The notes beneath the pieces are model-generated. The model had not been told where the DNA came from. It saw only the letters and a list, made by a program, of their open reading frames with translations, and did no database searches. 64,000 bases of DNA from Thermoproteota archaeon. Its GTDB lineage: Archaea > Asgardarchaeota > Jordiarchaeia > Jordiarchaeales > Freyrarchaeaceae. A program made the position numbers and the translations under genes. Position 1 is the stretch's first letter. Every line of letters starts with the position of its first letter. This document shows, piece after piece, positions 10,081-19,931 of the stretch. The DNA is taken from contig JAPDJY010000030.1 of assembly GCA_029258835.1 (NCBI GenBank), positions 99,606-163,605 of the forward strand. The letters are read 5' to 3'.

Positions 10081-13000
10081 TCATTTCCTCCTTTTTACTA
10101 TGATAACCTTCTTGCTGAAGGCGTCTATTATGTTAGGTGGAAGCTCTCGCTTATTAATGTCAACTTTAGCCTTCAGGTCAAACTCCATTCTGTAGGGAAC
10201 GCTGGGGGCAATCCATTCTATTGGTCCGATGTCTTTCTTTTCGTCTTTGATCTTTCCACTCCAGATTTCCTTAACGCCTAGGGGGCTCTCAGCCACTAGG
10301 CGTATCCTAACTGTTTCCTTAATTCTCTTTTCCACGAGCAAGTTAACTTTTATCTTGTCTCCTTCTCTTGTCAGCGTGGGTATAGCGGCATCCCTAACCT
10401 TGACCTTTACTAGTGGTCTTAACGGAGGGGTAACATCTACCGTTTGCGTAGCCCTCTGTTGCACGTAATTAGCCTCTTTTCCCTTGTAGCTTAAGGTGGC
10501 CAGCAGGTAGATTTTCTCCTCTACGAGCCATGGTGGAACCTCGATTTCACCATAGACATCCTCTCTTCCTTTAGGCTCTATGACCATACTAAACCCCTCC
10601 TTTCCTCCTTCCCCCGTCAGGGAGCATACCCGAACTTCTCCTCTGACCCTAACTCTTCCATTCCCGACGTTGCGCAGTCTTAAGTGGTATTTCACGTTCT
10701 CTCCCGCCTGCACGGAAGCTTTCTGAATTGTTAATCCATGAACGTTTACGGGGGGCTCGGGTAAAACTGGGATCGTAAGCTTCCTCTCGTAAACCTTAAC
10801 GTTCTCCACTTTAACTTTCAGGTTCACGGCGGCCTCCTCACCTTTAACGCCCTCCGTGCCTATGCTAATGGGGAGAACGTACCTCCCATTCGTTAACGAA
10901 TACTCCTGAACGCTGGAGCTTTTAGACGTGGCTGCAGTCAGGGAAACCCTAACAGGAGTGATTACCCCTCTAACTTCAACTTTAACCTTAAACACCGCAG
11001 CATCTACGGGTACAATCGCCTTGGGGGCTTCTACTCCTAGAACCTTAACAGTCTTCCTTGCCGACAGCGGCGCCACCTCTATGATCCGCGTCTGCCCTTG
11101 GGCGACGACCACCCCGTCATAAAGTATTTCACATCTAACCCTAAACTTGCCGGCTTTGACGTCTCGGCCGGCTTTAACTTTATACGTTAATCTCCTCGAG
11201 TCGTGAACAACGATTTCCCTGTGATCCAACTGTTTAACTTCGGAGTCGACCACTAGGACCCGGACCCAGAACGGGCCAGGCAAGTCTGGGTTCAAGTTCC
11301 TTACGTTAAAAACAACCCTGCACGTTTCCCCCCACTGCACCCTGCTCTTAGATACTTTCTCGTCTAGTGCTACCTTGGGTTTAAGGGCTACATGGGAGAC
11401 GTCAAGTGCGCGTGAAACACGCACACTCCCCTTACTCTTGACTCTAAAGGGTGGAACAGCCTGTGCGGGTTCTGGAACGGTCAATAAGCGCCTTTCCTCC
11501 ACCCTCCCCTGCCTTCTTTTAACAGTAGCTCGTGCCTCCTTCCCCGCTCCTCTAACCCGGGCTGGTTCCTCCCTCCTCACCGTCACTTGAGGCTTCGCTT
11601 TCTCCACCTCCCGCCGCTCTTCCCTCTCCTTCACAGGTACAACTACCCTAATCAGCTGGGCTTCCTCCTTGGCGACAGGAACCCCTCTCCTTTCAATTTT
11701 AGCTTTCCTCTCCGTTTTTTCTTCCTGAACAATTATGGGTGATGACTCGTACTCCGCCACCAGTTTCTCCCTGTAGAAGACCTGTACTTTAACTGTATAT
11801 TCCCCTGCTCTAGCCGCTGGGAGAGATAGTGTTAAAGTTGTTGGGAGAGACACGTGCTTCGCCGCCAAGAGCTTAGCCTTATCTCCCTCCCTCAAGTATG
11901 CCCTAACCCGATACCTCCCCTTAAACTCCGCCGTCTGCGCCTCCACTCTCAACTTTATCTCTCCCCTCCTCCTCTCCACGATTTTCTTGGGGATGCTGAC
12001 CGGGAGGATCCTGATGATGGGGGTGGCAATGGCGGTGAACGTCTTGGTTTCTACCTCACAAAGCTCGTTTCTCACTTCGTCCTTCAAGATGAACTTTAAA
12101 CGGCACCTTCTCTTACCTTGAAACGCGGCGAATGGCACCTCTAGGGGGAGCTGCCCCCCCGTCACCTTGAGAACACCGTTCCCAGGGATTTCCACCCTCT
12201 TCACAGCCGTTCTAAGAACGGCTCCCCCCTCTAAAACAACCTTGGCTATCAGCGTCCCCTTCACGGGGGCACTACCGGTCACCTCCAGCGTGAATGGGAT
12301 CCGCTCTCCCGCAGCCACCCGCGTAGCGGTGACGCTTGCCATAGCCTTCACGTTAACTGCCGCCTTCCTCCTTTCAGCCACCTCGAACTCTTCCGCTTCT
12401 CCGAAGGCTGCGACTAGCGGGTCTCCATCCCCTATACAGTACTTTCTCGTCATCTCCATAAGGTGCGAAATAGTCCTGTCAATCCTAGACGCTGAGGCAT
12501 CGTAAAGGTAGAGAAGGAAGTCGGCTGGCGCACAGGGCGGCTCAACCCTGCTGGATCCGTAAACAGACACCAAGACGGGTTTTAGGTAGTCCCAGTATCC
12601 AAGTTCGTTTATTTCTTCTCTGATGAACTCTATCATTCCTTGGGCTGCCTCGAAGAGCTTGGAATTCGGCTTTCCAGCCGGGTTTATGTTATACTTCTCC
12701 GCAAATCCTCGGTCATGCTTCTCAAGCCCCCTGTCGGGGAAAAACTTGCCCAGCAAACCGTAAAGTACTGCTTTCTCCCTGTTCTCCACCAGGGTAGCTG
12801 AGGACACGTTCGGGATCTTTCCGCCTTTCCTCACGATTTTTACTGCTTTGAGGGCTAACGCCTGTAAGAGTGCTGCTACGGCGAGCCGCCTAGCTACGCT
12901 GAACTGTGCGTCGAAAACACGAACTTCTATTGTCCCGTACTCTGTAAAGGGGAAGACGTCAACGTACCTGTCGTCAGGCGGCTCCCTCATGACTGTTTCA

Positions 13001-13767
13001 TCAAAGGTCTTCCTGTTCAGTTCTTCAAGGTAGGGGACATAGTGATCCTTGTCTGCCGGCCCCGTCTGTCCAGTGTTGTACTTAAGCCTTAAGTCGCGTA
13101 CACAGTCCCTCCCTATGATGCTTGTTCTCCCTCTTCTTCGAACCCTAACCACTCCGGTGGGCTTCCCGTTCATGAATGGTGAGTTTACCGTTAAAGCTAT
13201 CAGATGGGGTATGAAGGCTCGAATCATGTTGTATACGGCGGCCTTCTCCTTTCCGTCATTAACGCCTATATGGTAGTGGTCGCCGAACGTTACCCCGCTC
13301 CTGTACTCCTCCTCAAGAGGGTTAAACCCTATGGATATCAAGTTGTAGCCTCGCGGAAGAGCGGCGAAAGCCACCTTGTAAAGCGTCTTTATCCACCATG
13401 AAAGCTCTTCCATCGACTCGCATGGGGGGGTTACAAGCTCTAGGATCCACGTTATCTGACTCACGTTCGGGTCAGGACCGAAGACGTCAACGTCGATCCT
13501 ACCCTTATCCGTCTTATAGGAAACAACTACGTAAGGAAGTCTCCTCCCCCTCCTTTCCTTTTCCTTAAGCGTAACCCCTAAAATTTTACTTGTAAAATCC
13601 AGCCCCTTCTCCTTTGACACGGTTTTCTGAAGGATGTTAGCGGCATTTTTCATGAGGTGGTCCCAGACACGTACGAGTCTCCCTCCTTGGAGGAGACGTC
13701 CCTTCTCGTCGACGACCTGGACCTCCATTTCTACTCCTTGGGTGAAGGGAAGCTTCGCCATTTCCAA
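10081..13767 (-). CDS. Glutamate-cysteine ligase 2 (carboxylate-amine ligase) domain fused to ~750 aa of beta-rich, probably Ig-like repeats
   Basis: GVEMEVQVVD, LELVTPPC, DHYHIG, NSPF and TIEVRVFDAQ motifs; the C-terminal region has alternating beta strands. Confidence 0.8.
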   Translation of the reverse strand: MEMAKLPFTQGVEMEVQVVDEKGRLLQGGRLVRVWDHLMKNAANILQKTVSKEKGLDFTSKILGVTLKEKERRGRRLPYVVVSYKTDKGRIDVDVFGPDPNVSQITWILELVTPPCESMEELSWWIKTLYKVAFAALPRGYNLISIGFNPLEEEYRSGVTFGDHYHIGVNDGKEKAAVYNMIRAFIPHLIALTVNSPFMNGKPTGVVRVRRRGRTSIIGRDCVRDLRLKYNTGQTGPADKDHYVPYLEELNRKTFDETVMREPPDDRYVDVFPFTEYGTIEVRVFDAQFSVARRLAVAALLQALALKAVKIVRKGGKIPNVSSATLVENREKAVLYGLLGKFFPDRGLEKHDRGFAEKYNINPAGKPNSKLFEAAQGMIEFIREEINELGYWDYLKPVLVSVYGSSRVEPPCAPADFLLYLYDASASRIDRTISHLMEMTRKYCIGDGDPLVAAFGEAEEFEVAERRKAAVNVKAMASVTATRVAAGERIPFTLEVTGSAPVKGTLIAKVVLEGGAVLRTAVKRVEIPGNGVLKVTGGQLPLEVPFAAFQGKRRCRLKFILKDEVRNELCEVETKTFTAIATPIIRILPVSIPKKIVERRRGEIKLRVEAQTAEFKGRYRVRAYLREGDKAKLLAAKHVSLPTTLTLSLPAARAGEYTVKVQVFYREKLVAEYESSPIIVQEEKTERKAKIERRGVPVAKEEAQLIRVVVPVKEREERREVEKAKPQVTVRREEPARVRGAGKEARATVKRRQGRVEERRLLTVPEPAQAVPPFRVKSKGSVRVSRALDVSHVALKPKVALDEKVSKSRVQWGETCRVVFNVRNLNPDLPGPFWVRVLVVDSEVKQLDHREIVVHDSRRLTYKVKAGRDVKAGKFRVRCEILYDGVVVAQGQTRIIEVAPLSARKTVKVLGVEAPKAIVPVDAAVFKVKVEVRGVITPVRVSLTAATSKSSSVQEYSLTNGRYVLPISIGTEGVKGEEAAVNLKVKVENVKVYERKLTIPVLPEPPVNVHGLTIQKASVQAGENVKYHLRLRNVGNGRVRVRGEVRVCSLTGEGGKEGFSMVIEPKGREDVYGEIEVPPWLVEEKIYLLATLSYKGKEANYVQQRATQTVDVTPPLRPLVKVKVRDAAIPTLTREGDKIKVNLLVEKRIKETVRIRLVAESPLGVKEIWSGKIKDEKKDIGPIEWIAPSVPYRMEFDLKAKVDINKRELPPNIIDAFSKKVIIVKRRK

Positions 13768-13865
13768 TCACGCCTTTAAGAAAGAAACAGTCCCCTTAAA
13801 GGTTAAAGGATCCTGAGGCGATAAACCTTTCTCCATCCCCACTAACCCACGGAGCTGTTCCCCGC

Positions 13866-15386
13866 TTAGAAGGCAGGCTTCAAGAAGCGGTCATAAAATG
13901 TTCTAATAGCCTTCTCCTCTCTTTCCCTTACAAGGTTCTTTTTTGAGAGCATCTCTAAACCCCTAGAGAACAGCTCCGCCACCTTCGGATTTAACAAGTA
14001 ATTAAACCTTTTCATGCCAGTCGAGATGAACTGTAGGCTTTTCCTTCTTTCCAGACTTCCTCTCACCGTCTTCTCTAAGTTTCTTGAGGCCTGAATTCCT
14101 CCTGCCTCATCTATGGTTAAAGGTGGAATAACTATAACCTCCTCCCTCCTATCCCTGCGAACCTTCGCAGCAAAAAACGGGACGTAAACGGTTACCGGAG
14201 CATCCACCTGGACAGTACTGGAAGAGAGAAGGAACCGCTTGTTCTCCTCAACCCCTCTCTTAGCACGAGGCAACCACTTCTGGAAGGATGCTACATACTC
14301 CTCTCTTAGCGTCATAGCCTTAAAAAGGAGCTCCTTAACCCTTTTAACGTCCAAGTCCATCCTCGCCACCTCCCTCTCAAACTCGTTAAGAATCCTCTTC
14401 CTCCTTTTCTGAAACCTTTTTTCCTCTCTTCTCTTCCTTCTCTCCTTTTCCGCTTCAAACCTCTCCTTCTGCTTAAGGTAGTTTTCGCACTTCCTCTCTA
14501 GGGAAACCAGCTTCTCCAAGATTTCCTCTAAAAACTCTATGGCATCCCCAAGCTTATCCAGCATGTCTTCAGGCTCGCTTACAGAGGATAAACCCGTAAG
14601 CTTACCCTCTACCCTCTTAGCGTACCGTGAAAGCACCGTGATCCTAGGAGGAACCCCGCCAAACTTCTCCCTATCTATTCTTTTAATTTCATCCTCCATC
14701 TCCTGGCTAGCCCTGCTTATCTCCCTCTCAGCTTTCTCCCTCAGCCTTCTCCTCTCTCTTTCCACATCCGCCTCAACCTCCTCCACCTTCCTCCTAAAGA
14801 AATCAAGTCTTTCCTCTAGGAAAGCAGTAAACCTCCTATACTCCCCAGAAGCGTCATCCACCTTCTCGTCTGTAAGAAACTGGGTGATTGCTGGATTTCT
14901 GCAAACGACGTCTAGAGTTACTTCTGCAGGGACAACCTCGTCAGGATTAACCCTCCACTCTTCTAAGAAGGAAAGCCGCTCCTTTAACTCCGATAGCACC
15001 CCCCCAAACAGTATCCCTTTCAATTCTATCTTCGACAGCTTGAGACTGTCCTTCACCAGTGAAACATATCTCTCTAAGCCAGCGACGAAATCCTGCAACT
15101 CGTTCGATTTAAGCTGATCATATGGTGGAGGCGGCACCCCTAAGCCACACTTAACACCCTCAGACCATGAAGCCGAGGAATCAATAGCCACCATGTTGCC
15201 TCCATCTACCTGAACTAAGTGTACCGCCGAGAAGAATCTTGAAACTTCGGCCAGCTCGTAATCTTTAGGGGCTCTTCTCCATATTTCTCGAAGCGCCAGG
15301 GCTATCTCAACGTATTCCCCCTCACTAGGACGGTATACTTTCCCTCTTTGAAGCACGAACGGGATAGATAAAATAGATACTGGCAT
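13866..15386 (-). CDS. Hypothetical coiled-coil protein
   Basis: 506 aa with a long E/R/K helical centre and globular ends (YVPFFAA motif). Confidence 0.75.
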   Translation of the reverse strand: MPVSILSIPFVLQRGKVYRPSEGEYVEIALALREIWRRAPKDYELAEVSRFFSAVHLVQVDGGNMVAIDSSASWSEGVKCGLGVPPPPYDQLKSNELQDFVAGLERYVSLVKDSLKLSKIELKGILFGGVLSELKERLSFLEEWRVNPDEVVPAEVTLDVVCRNPAITQFLTDEKVDDASGEYRRFTAFLEERLDFFRRKVEEVEADVERERRRLREKAEREISRASQEMEDEIKRIDREKFGGVPPRITVLSRYAKRVEGKLTGLSSVSEPEDMLDKLGDAIEFLEEILEKLVSLERKCENYLKQKERFEAEKERRKRREEKRFQKRRKRILNEFEREVARMDLDVKRVKELLFKAMTLREEYVASFQKWLPRAKRGVEENKRFLLSSSTVQVDAPVTVYVPFFAAKVRRDRREEVIVIPPLTIDEAGGIQASRNLEKTVRGSLERRKSLQFISTGMKRFNYLLNPKVAELFSRGLEMLSKKNLVREREEKAIRTFYDRFLKPAF

Positions 15387-15488
15387 ACCGCTCCCCTTCA
15401 GCCTCTCTCTAAGAGATTTCCAAACTACTACTTAACTCTTCCCTCCTTTGATTTTTAGGGGTTTAAAGGGGAAAGTGACGTCCTTTCT

Positions 15489-16325
15489 TTGGAAAAAAGG
15501 GAGGAGGATGCTTTGAAGCTTAAGGTCAAAGCTAGCTGCAACGTGTGCGGGGACGTATACCACGAAGTAGACCTTGAAGGAGAGCGCCTATCATGGTTCA
15601 ACGACCAGCTTAAGAAGAGCGGCGTAGCCCCTGTAAGCTGGGATCACGGAGACCACATACTCGTCGTATACGTGGATAAGCGCGGGTCAGCTAGAGCCTC
15701 CTACACCTATCCAGTCGTGAAGACGCGGCTGACAAAGCAAAACTGGAGAAGGGTGAAGGCGAAAGCCCTAGTCGACTCGAACGTGAACATGCTCTTCGCG
15801 AACTGGAACAACAAACTATACTGTGACTCATATTGGCGCTTGGCAACCGAGCCCGAGGAAGTTCTTCCTCACGCCGACACAGCCAGGATTGCCTCACTGG
15901 ACGGCCGCGAATTCTGGATTCTTTCATCGGGTGCTAACAGAATGATCATCGCAAGGATGCTCGGGTGGCATAGAGACTTCTTCCAAGCCATGCAGGAGCT
16001 TCTCACCCAAGCTACGCTAGCTGAACCGGACATAGTTGGAAATCCTGTAGTTCAAGCTGTTTTAGCCTCAATAGCGTCGACTCCCTTCTTCTACACTTCA
16101 AACTCCGCCAGCGTGTTCTCAGACCTAAACAAGCGAGTGAAGGCTACTAGAGCCGCCCTTCTAGCAAAGCACAGCTTAAACGGTGAGCTTGCACTCCTCA
16201 TAGACTCCCTTAACAGCCACGGCACGTTGAAGGACGCCCTCCTCTCAGCGACACCCCGTCAGATCTCCCTTCTCGTGAAGTACTATAGGACGTTGAAGAA
16301 TACGGGCGTTTTAAAAGCGGTCTAG
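15489..16325 (+). CDS. Hypothetical protein with N-terminal CxxC...HGDH putative zinc-binding domain
   Basis: CNVCG...DHGDHILVVYVD; first gene of a closely spaced three-gene operon. Confidence 0.7.
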   Translation: MEKREEDALKLKVKASCNVCGDVYHEVDLEGERLSWFNDQLKKSGVAPVSWDHGDHILVVYVDKRGSARASYTYPVVKTRLTKQNWRRVKAKALVDSNVNMLFANWNNKLYCDSYWRLATEPEEVLPHADTARIASLDGREFWILSSGANRMIIARMLGWHRDFFQAMQELLTQATLAEPDIVGNPVVQAVLASIASTPFFYTSNSASVFSDLNKRVKATRAALLAKHSLNGELALLIDSLNSHGTLKDALLSATPRQISLLVKYYRTLKNTGVLKAV

Positions 16326-16337
16326 GAGGGTGAAAAA

Positions 16338-17402
16338 TTGCTTATGGTAAGAAAGTTCAGGTGCGCTATGAAGCTTCTAAGAAATGTTAACTCACTTTTA
16401 AGCGTCTCAAGGCTTGGAAGAATGGTTAATGCCTTAGCTTTAGTCATAGGCCTCGACAAACTCGGCCTCTTAGCTCTCCTAGAGTCTCCAAGAAGCATCG
16501 AGGAGATCGCCGCCTTCATAGGGGACGTTAAACGCCAAGCCTTCCTAGAGGAATTACTGAAGGCGCTGGTCAACGAAGGGGTCCTAGATGGGTCAAACGG
16601 GCTATTCAGGGTAAACAAAGCAACAGTCAAAAAATTGTACAGTATGAGGGGCAGCCACCCCTTCTTTAAAGGCGCTGAATACCTCCTAGCCGGATTTGAA
16701 GAGTTCATGTATGAAATACTAGTTGAGGTTCTCAGAGGAGCCTCCTTCGACTTCGTCTCCCCAGAGGTAGCCACCCTATTCTACCTTCAAAATAGCAGTC
16801 CCGCCTACAAGATTGGAAGAGAAATCCTCCTAGAGCTTGGAGGCGGAAAAAATCTTAAAGGCAAGTGCATCCTCGACCTGGGCTGCGGCTTCGGAGTCGA
16901 ACCACTAACCATTCTGGAATATTTGGACTTTAACTGCCACCTCATCTGCGCCGACTTCTTCTCGAACGTGGTCGACGAGTGCATGCACACTATGGTTGAA
17001 GGTGAAAGCACGCCTCTTCCCGTACCTAAACCCCTCAAGGACCTCGACAACGTAGAGTTCGTGGTGCTAGACCCATCCATGAACACGCCTTTCCCCCTCC
17101 CCGACGAGTCGGTTGACTCGGTCTTCTCCTTCCAGCTCCTCCACTGGAGCAGCTACCCTCAAAGGATAATCAACGAGTGCGCAAGGGTTCTAAGGAAAGG
17201 CGGAACCCTCATGATCGCAACACCACTCAAGGACGATAACGAGACCACCACGATAGACGTGGTGGTGAAGGCATCTGGTGGAAACAGGATCTACACTGAA
17301 AGTGAGCTGTCAGCGTTCATGGAGGAGGCAGGGCTAGAAGTGCATTGTTCATTCCTTTCAAACTTTATGGTGGCAAGGAAACCTAACAACAGCCGGAAGT
17401 GA
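16338..17402 (+). CDS. Class I SAM methyltransferase with N-terminal winged-helix domain
   Basis: ILDLGCGFG, FPLPDESVD and RVLRKGG motifs. Confidence 0.9.
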   Translation: MLMVRKFRCAMKLLRNVNSLLSVSRLGRMVNALALVIGLDKLGLLALLESPRSIEEIAAFIGDVKRQAFLEELLKALVNEGVLDGSNGLFRVNKATVKKLYSMRGSHPFFKGAEYLLAGFEEFMYEILVEVLRGASFDFVSPEVATLFYLQNSSPAYKIGREILLELGGGKNLKGKCILDLGCGFGVEPLTILEYLDFNCHLICADFFSNVVDECMHTMVEGESTPLPVPKPLKDLDNVEFVVLDPSMNTPFPLPDESVDSVFSFQLLHWSSYPQRIINECARVLRKGGTLMIATPLKDDNETTTIDVVVKASGGNRIYTESELSAFMEEAGLEVHCSFLSNFMVARKPNNSRK

Positions 17403-18112
17403 TGCCTATGCTACGTGAACTCCTCATAATAAACGTTGACGGAGTGTGCGCTGTATCGGTCTCCCCCGACGGCGTCGGGGTAGACTCCCAGCTCATGGCG
17501 GGGGTGATCGCTGCGATTCAAAGGTTCTGGGCTGAGGTAACCGGCGAGGTCCCCACAACCATAACCCTTGAAAGCAGCGAAATAGCGATCAAACGCTTTA
17601 CGACGGGGAAAAGGGACTGGTTTCTAGTCTTAATAATGGACCCTGAGGGTAAGAGCTCCATTCCAAGCGTTGAAAACGCGGTGTTGAGTGTTGTAAGCAA
17701 GTGGAAAACTTTCTTTGAAGAATTTAACGGAGAGCTTTCAGCCATTAACAAACTGAAAAAGGAGTTCGTAATGGCTCTTTCAAAGGTCCCCTGTCCTAGG
17801 ATGAATAAATGCGTTTTCAGGGGTAAATTTTGGAAGCCTGAAGCATGCAGCGTCATAGCACCATGTCCTTACATAGACAAGAAGAAATGGGCGAGGAGAA
17901 TAGAGTTTTACAGTGCGGTGATAATGCCGAACGCGTACAAAATATTAACGGTAAGCAAGGAAGGCACCCCGCTCAGGCCAGGGATGACCGTCGCCGAAGC
18001 ACTGGAAAAGCTTAAAGGAAACGAGGAAGAACTCCTCGTCATGATCGAGAAAGGACTAGTTAAACTTGTGAAAAACGTGGATGGAATGCAGCTTGCAACA
18101 TCTAAAATGTGA
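17399..18112 (+). CDS. Longin/roadblock-like domain protein
   Basis: N-terminal LLIINVDGVC...DSQLMAGVIAAIQRF pattern; overlaps the upstream gene by 4 nt. Confidence 0.6.
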   Translation: MMPMLRELLIINVDGVCAVSVSPDGVGVDSQLMAGVIAAIQRFWAEVTGEVPTTITLESSEIAIKRFTTGKRDWFLVLIMDPEGKSSIPSVENAVLSVVSKWKTFFEEFNGELSAINKLKKEFVMALSKVPCPRMNKCVFRGKFWKPEACSVIAPCPYIDKKKWARRIEFYSAVIMPNAYKILTVSKEGTPLRPGMTVAEALEKLKGNEEELLVMIEKGLVKLVKNVDGMQLATSKM

Positions 18113-18173
18113 AAGGAAAAACGTTGCCGCATTAGCAGAACAATTTAAATCTCCCTCCTACACCGTTTAACCG

Positions 18174-19196
18174 ATGAAGCCTCAAGCCACAAGAAGGATC
18201 TTTGAAGTGTCAGAGGGAATTCCCCTGATAGGATGCATAGCTTTCGGGGTAATAGACAGAGGGACAAACCTGATCCAAGTTAGGCCAACTTCCATGTGCC
18301 CCCTCTCCTGCGTCTTCTGCTCCACCGACTCGGGTCCAAAGTCCAAAAACAGGCTTTCAGAATACTTGGTTCCATTAGACTACCTCGTTGAGGAATTTGA
18401 AAGGCTAGCTCGCGTTAAGGGCAGAGGCGTCGAAGCCCACATAGACACTGTTGGAGACCCGCTAACATATCCTAAGCTGGTGGAGCTCGTACACGAGCTC
18501 AGCAACGTGGAGAACGTGACCGTAGTATCCATGCAAACCCATGGCTCCCTCCTAACAGAGAAGGTCCTAGACAGGCTGTCGTCAGCAGGTTTGTCAAGGA
18601 TAAATCTCTCCATAGACTCCATGGATGTGGAGATGGCCAGGAAGCTCTCCGGCACCGAATGGTATAATGTTGAACGCGTGGCCAAGATGGCAAAATACAT
18701 CGTAGACAACACTGCAATAGACCTTTTAGTAGCTCCGGTCTGGGTTCCAGGCATGAACGATCAGGAAATACCGAAGATAATCGAGTTCGCCATCAGGGTT
18801 GGCGCTGGGAAAAGATGGCCTCCCCTCGGGATACAAAAGTACGAGGCACATAAACATGGCAGAAAACCTAAGGGAGTGCGCCCGATTCCGTGGCGTGCCT
18901 TCTATGGCAAGCTGAAAGAATGGGAGAGAAGGTTCAATGTTAAGTTAAAACTCGCCCCTTCGGACTTCTCTATAAGGAAAACTGCAACCATCCCAACTCC
19001 TTACAAGCTCTTCGAGAAAGTAAAGGTTAAAGTCGTGGCTTTGGGATGGCTGAAACATGAAAAGTTAGCTGTCACGGTGAGGGGGGACAGGACGGTGACC
19101 TTAATCAGGGCGGATCACGTACCCATAGGTGCAAAGGTGAAAGCAAGGGTGATCTCAAACAAGCATAATATATACGTAGCTGAACCAATACTATAA
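18174..19196 (+). CDS. Archaeal radical SAM protein with C-terminal TRAM-like domain
   Basis: PLIGCIAFGVIDRGTN and CPLSCVFC motifs. Confidence 0.9.
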   Translation: MKPQATRRIFEVSEGIPLIGCIAFGVIDRGTNLIQVRPTSMCPLSCVFCSTDSGPKSKNRLSEYLVPLDYLVEEFERLARVKGRGVEAHIDTVGDPLTYPKLVELVHELSNVENVTVVSMQTHGSLLTEKVLDRLSSAGLSRINLSIDSMDVEMARKLSGTEWYNVERVAKMAKYIVDNTAIDLLVAPVWVPGMNDQEIPKIIEFAIRVGAGKRWPPLGIQKYEAHKHGRKPKGVRPIPWRAFYGKLKEWERRFNVKLKLAPSDFSIRKTATIPTPYKLFEKVKVKVVALGWLKHEKLAVTVRGDRTVTLIRADHVPIGAKVKARVISNKHNIYVAEPIL

Positions 19197-19244
19197 CAGA
19201 TGACTCCGGAATCCACATTTAACCCCTTATAAGAAGGTGATCGC

Positions 19245-19931
19245 ATGTACGAGATCTTGTTTCTCGTCGATAACAGCGAGCTTGTGGAGGGAGTTAAGTC
19301 AACTTGGGGCTTATCGATCTTGGTTAAGTCACCCTCGGAAAAGCTTCTCTTCGACGTCGGCCCCTCATTCAGCCTCCTCACCGCAAACGCCAGCAAGCTT
19401 GGTGAAGACCTCAGCGACGTAAATACCGTGGTCATATCGCACATGCACTCTGACCATGCAGGCGCCCTTAAAGCCTTCATCGACTTTAATCCTGCCGTCC
19501 GCATATTCCTGCCTGCAAGCCCGCTTTCACCCCATTACTTCCATGCAAACTTAACCTACGTTAAAGGTTGGCTTGCCCTTTCTGAAGGCATCCACGTTAC
19601 AGGTCCTTTCCCGTCGTTTCCAGAGCAAGCCTTAGCTATACTAAGCAGACGCGGCCCCTTCATCCTAGTTGGCTGCTCCCACCCTGGACTGACTAGTATA
19701 CTGAAAAAGGTCGTTGAAGAAACAGGCGTAAGCGGGATTCTAGGTGTCGCAGGGGGATTCCACGTCTCAGTCTCTAAGGAACTCCTAATAGCTGCAGAGT
19801 ACTTGAAGACACTTTCCCCATCCATAGTAGTTCCCTCACACTGCACTTCTCAAGGAGCCATCGACTATCTTAAGTCGGAACTGGGTGAATGCGTTGTGAA
19901 GGGAGGTGTTGGGTTAAGACTAACCATTTAA
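19245..19931 (+). CDS. MBL-fold metallohydrolase
   Basis: SHMHSDH, GCSHPG, GGFH and PSHC motifs. Confidence 0.9.
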   Translation: MYEILFLVDNSELVEGVKSTWGLSILVKSPSEKLLFDVGPSFSLLTANASKLGEDLSDVNTVVISHMHSDHAGALKAFIDFNPAVRIFLPASPLSPHYFHANLTYVKGWLALSEGIHVTGPFPSFPEQALAILSRRGPFILVGCSHPGLTSILKKVVEETGVSGILGVAGGFHVSVSKELLIAAEYLKTLSPSIVVPSHCTSQGAIDYLKSELGECVVKGGVGLRLTI

